From Nemertoderma westbladi (Eukaryota > Animalia > Xenacoelomorpha): a stretch of 37,210 bases of DNA. The notes beneath the pieces were generated by a model. That model was not told where the DNA came from and made no database searches. It saw only the letters and a program-made list of their open reading frames with translations. Shown here piece by piece: positions 34,827 through 37,210 of this stretch. The translations under genes and the position numbers were made by a program. The number at the start of each line of letters is the position of its first letter. The first letter of the stretch is position 1. The stretch lies in contig JAUCBJ010005282.1 in the NCBI GenBank assembly GCA_032718475.1, positions 1 through 37,210 of the forward strand. The letters run 5' to 3'.

Positions 34827-35799
34827 CTGATGGACTATAGACAGAGTTTCCCCTTTAGTGACATATTGCCTTTGAATTTCATTCCAATATATATTATTTG
34901 AGTAGGTTATTGGAGAGGGCACCGCATCAGGCTCAGTGTAGTAACCGGTTATTGGAGAGGGAACCGCATCAGGCTCAGTGTAGTAACCGTTTTGAGCTAC
35001 GTAATAATACCCAGGGATTGGTTGTTCTTGGGGAGCCAGGTACATACCCGAAGGTGGCAAATCAGTAACATTGGTAACGGGTACATAACACAAGTTGTTA
35101 TTGTTGTTATATACTGCGTTCGATTCCATGAAGACGTTGGTGATGGGTGTATATTGACAGATGACATTGCTAGTGGGTCCGTTGCGTAGGACAGGTTGTT
35201 GCTGGAGCGGTATTTGGGATTGCTCCTGCATTACTGCCAGGGGTGGTTCCTGCTGTAGCATTACTGCCAGGGGTGGTTCCTGCTGTGGCATTACTGCCTG
35301 GGGTGGTTCCTGCTGTGGCATTACTGCCTGCGGTGGTTCCTGCTGTGGCATTACTGCCTGCGGTGGTTCCTGCTGTGGCATTACTGCCTGGGGTGGTTCA
35401 TGCTGTGGAATTACTGCCTGGGGTGGTTCCTGATGGGGTATTCCGTGCTGGGGTGGTTGCGTGTTGCATATTACAGGGTGGGGTGATTCTGGGTGTGATA
35501 TTACAGGCTGAGGTGGTTCCTGGTAGGATATTACTAGCTGGTGTGGGTCTTGGTAAGATATTACTGGCTGGTGTGGGTCTTGGTAAGATATTACTGGCTG
35601 GTGTGGGTCTTGGTAAGATATTACTGGCTGAGTGTGGTTCCGGATGGGATTTTACTGGCTGAGGTGATTCTGGGTAGGGTATTACTATCTGATGTGGTTT
35701 TGGGTGGGTTATTACTAGCTGATGTGGTTCTGGGTGGGTTATTACTGGCTGGAGTAGCCTTGGGTGCGTGTACCCTTGTTGAGTTGATACTGAAAACAT
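34827..35799 (-). CDS. First coding exon of RTP-like zf-3CxxC protein: Pro/Gln/His-rich repeats, with a 1-bp frameshift at about 35632
   Basis: Acceptor actaatattttTAG at 35828-35827 and ATG at 35799. 10-aa repeats PEPHQLVITH, QDPHQPVISY and QEPPQAVMPQ, then Tyr-rich GYYTEPDAVPSPIT x2. Donor CAG|GTTGGT, phase 0. An alternative in-frame ATG lies at 35381. Confidence 0.7.
35232..35755. repeat. 30-bp coding minisatellite, about 17 units
   Basis: Units such as TTACTGCCTGGGGTGGTTCCTGCTGTGGCA grading into TTACTGGCTGGTGTGGGTCTTGGTAAGATA. Confidence 0.93.
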
Positions 35800-36699
35800 T
35801 TCTAGGTCGTTACGCCGAGTCCGCTTCTAAAAATATTAGTCGTCAAACGATTTCACAATTTCAACTACCAAATATTAATAATATAATAATAATAATAATA
35901 TTTTAGGCAGATAATTTTAAGAAAAACAGGCTCAATAAAGTTTGTAATCAGATAATACTATATTTACTATAATAATAGCATTAAATTATAATAAGTAGTC
36001 TTACATTAGTTTTGAAAATAATTTAGAGTAATATATAATAGGCCTACCTACTGTAGTTACCGGTACTTTATTTTACGCACGTGAGAAAATGGAAATCATA
36101 AAATCAGCAAACATTTATGTATTTTTATTCCAAAATTTTTACATTCCGAAACAACGATTGCTATGTGAAATTTTGTTTTACAAAAAATATTGTTGGTGGA
36201 ATTTCTCCCCTCAATAGGAGTTGATAGAGCATCAAAATATAAAATGTTTGCAGCGAATTATTAAAAAATCATACCGAATAAATTATACATGGTTAACCGA
36301 ATATTAAATGTAATCTGATAATTAAATATCTATGGGGTTTAATTCCTTCCTTTCGGCTTGCTTATAATAATAATTATTCAAAACATTCAACATTTATCGC
36401 CCACTAACGCGATAAACACAAATAAATACCTACAGAAAAAGTACCACCGGAGTACTTACGAACGAATAAATACGCTCTATCCGTAAATTGTAAAGCCAAA
36501 TATGGTTCGATCATAAACATATATATGATTTGTATCAGCACTCGTAAGATATTATTCTGCATAGAATGGGATGGCAAAGTTTACGGGAATTCCCCCACAA
36601 CGACACAATAACAAAGTCGCGAAGTCTATGCATCTCTATAAATAAACGATAGTCATCATCGTAGTACTAACGGAATTATAAATCATTTAAGGAATTATA

Positions 36700-36825
36700 C
36701 TAAACCAATCACGAACACCAGTTACAGTTGAGTTAGACAACATAAACCAATCAGCAATCACTAATACATTGTTCCGGTGGAGTTGCCGTAAAGTAGTTGT
36801 TTGTTATTGGTTATCCTATTGGTTA
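36700..36825. promoter_or_regulatory. Cluster of four CCAAT boxes upstream of the 3CxxC gene, possible promoter
   Basis: AACCAATCA at about 36703 and 36745, ATTGG at about 36806 and 36818. Possible 5'-UTR exon donor GTAAGT (minus strand) at 36459. Confidence 0.35.
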
Positions 36826-37210
36826 GCCCAGGGTTCCTCTGACAATAGACAAAGATTAAGTGCCAGGGCAAATCGGATTTTCATTTTGCGTTTCTAGGCT
36901 ACTTACAACTAACAATCTTTATAATTAATTATGAATGGAATGGAACATGTGTGCAAATTCTACGATAATTAGATATGACCTTAATGAAAGAATTGCAATG
37001 TCTTACATGAATAACTCACTAATTATTTTCATATAATTTACGATTATTATTATTACTGCAAAATGAACCTTAATTATTAACATTTATGTGTGATAGAGTA
37101 CTGTCTAGACATATGTTATATAATTAGAATTATATAAATAAGTTCGGCCATTGCTCTCACAAAGTTTTTATTGCCGATGTTGAGTGGATTAATTCAGAGA
37201 GGTCTAGACC

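Noticed and set aside
35161-35906. Plus-strand repeat ORFs (GGSCCGITA, VVPAVALLPG)
   Set aside because: They are antisense shadows of the minus-strand exon, which has the splice signals and unique coding continuation.

Overview
AT-rich eukaryotic DNA, most likely from an invertebrate animal (inferred from GT-AG introns, CR1/RTE LINEs and MITEs). No prokaryotic operon or true CRISPR array is present. The main feature is a four-exon minus-strand gene that the ORF track shows only as fragments. Its exons are 35799-34827, 31516-31263, 17596-17357 and 10765-10558, and all splice phases are compatible. It encodes an RTP-like zf-3CxxC zinc-finger protein with a long N-terminal Pro/Gln/His 10-aa repeat region, interrupted by a 1-bp frameshift at about 35632. 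Intron 2 holds an 11 kb, 35-bp satellite with nested higher-order duplications. Intron 3 holds a decayed CR1/L2-type LINE with a 2A-like motif. Distinct minisatellites lie near several exon boundaries. The left 10 kb contains the 5' end of a J-domain (DnaJ) gene, two long foldback elements and two MITEs. It also contains a nested retroelement structure: an ORF1+APE fragment with an RTE inserted into it, flanked by an 82-bp direct repeat made of half a tRNA-Ser plus an RTE tail. All calls were made by eye with no database searches. I found no clearly new biological system; the best leads are listed as findings.
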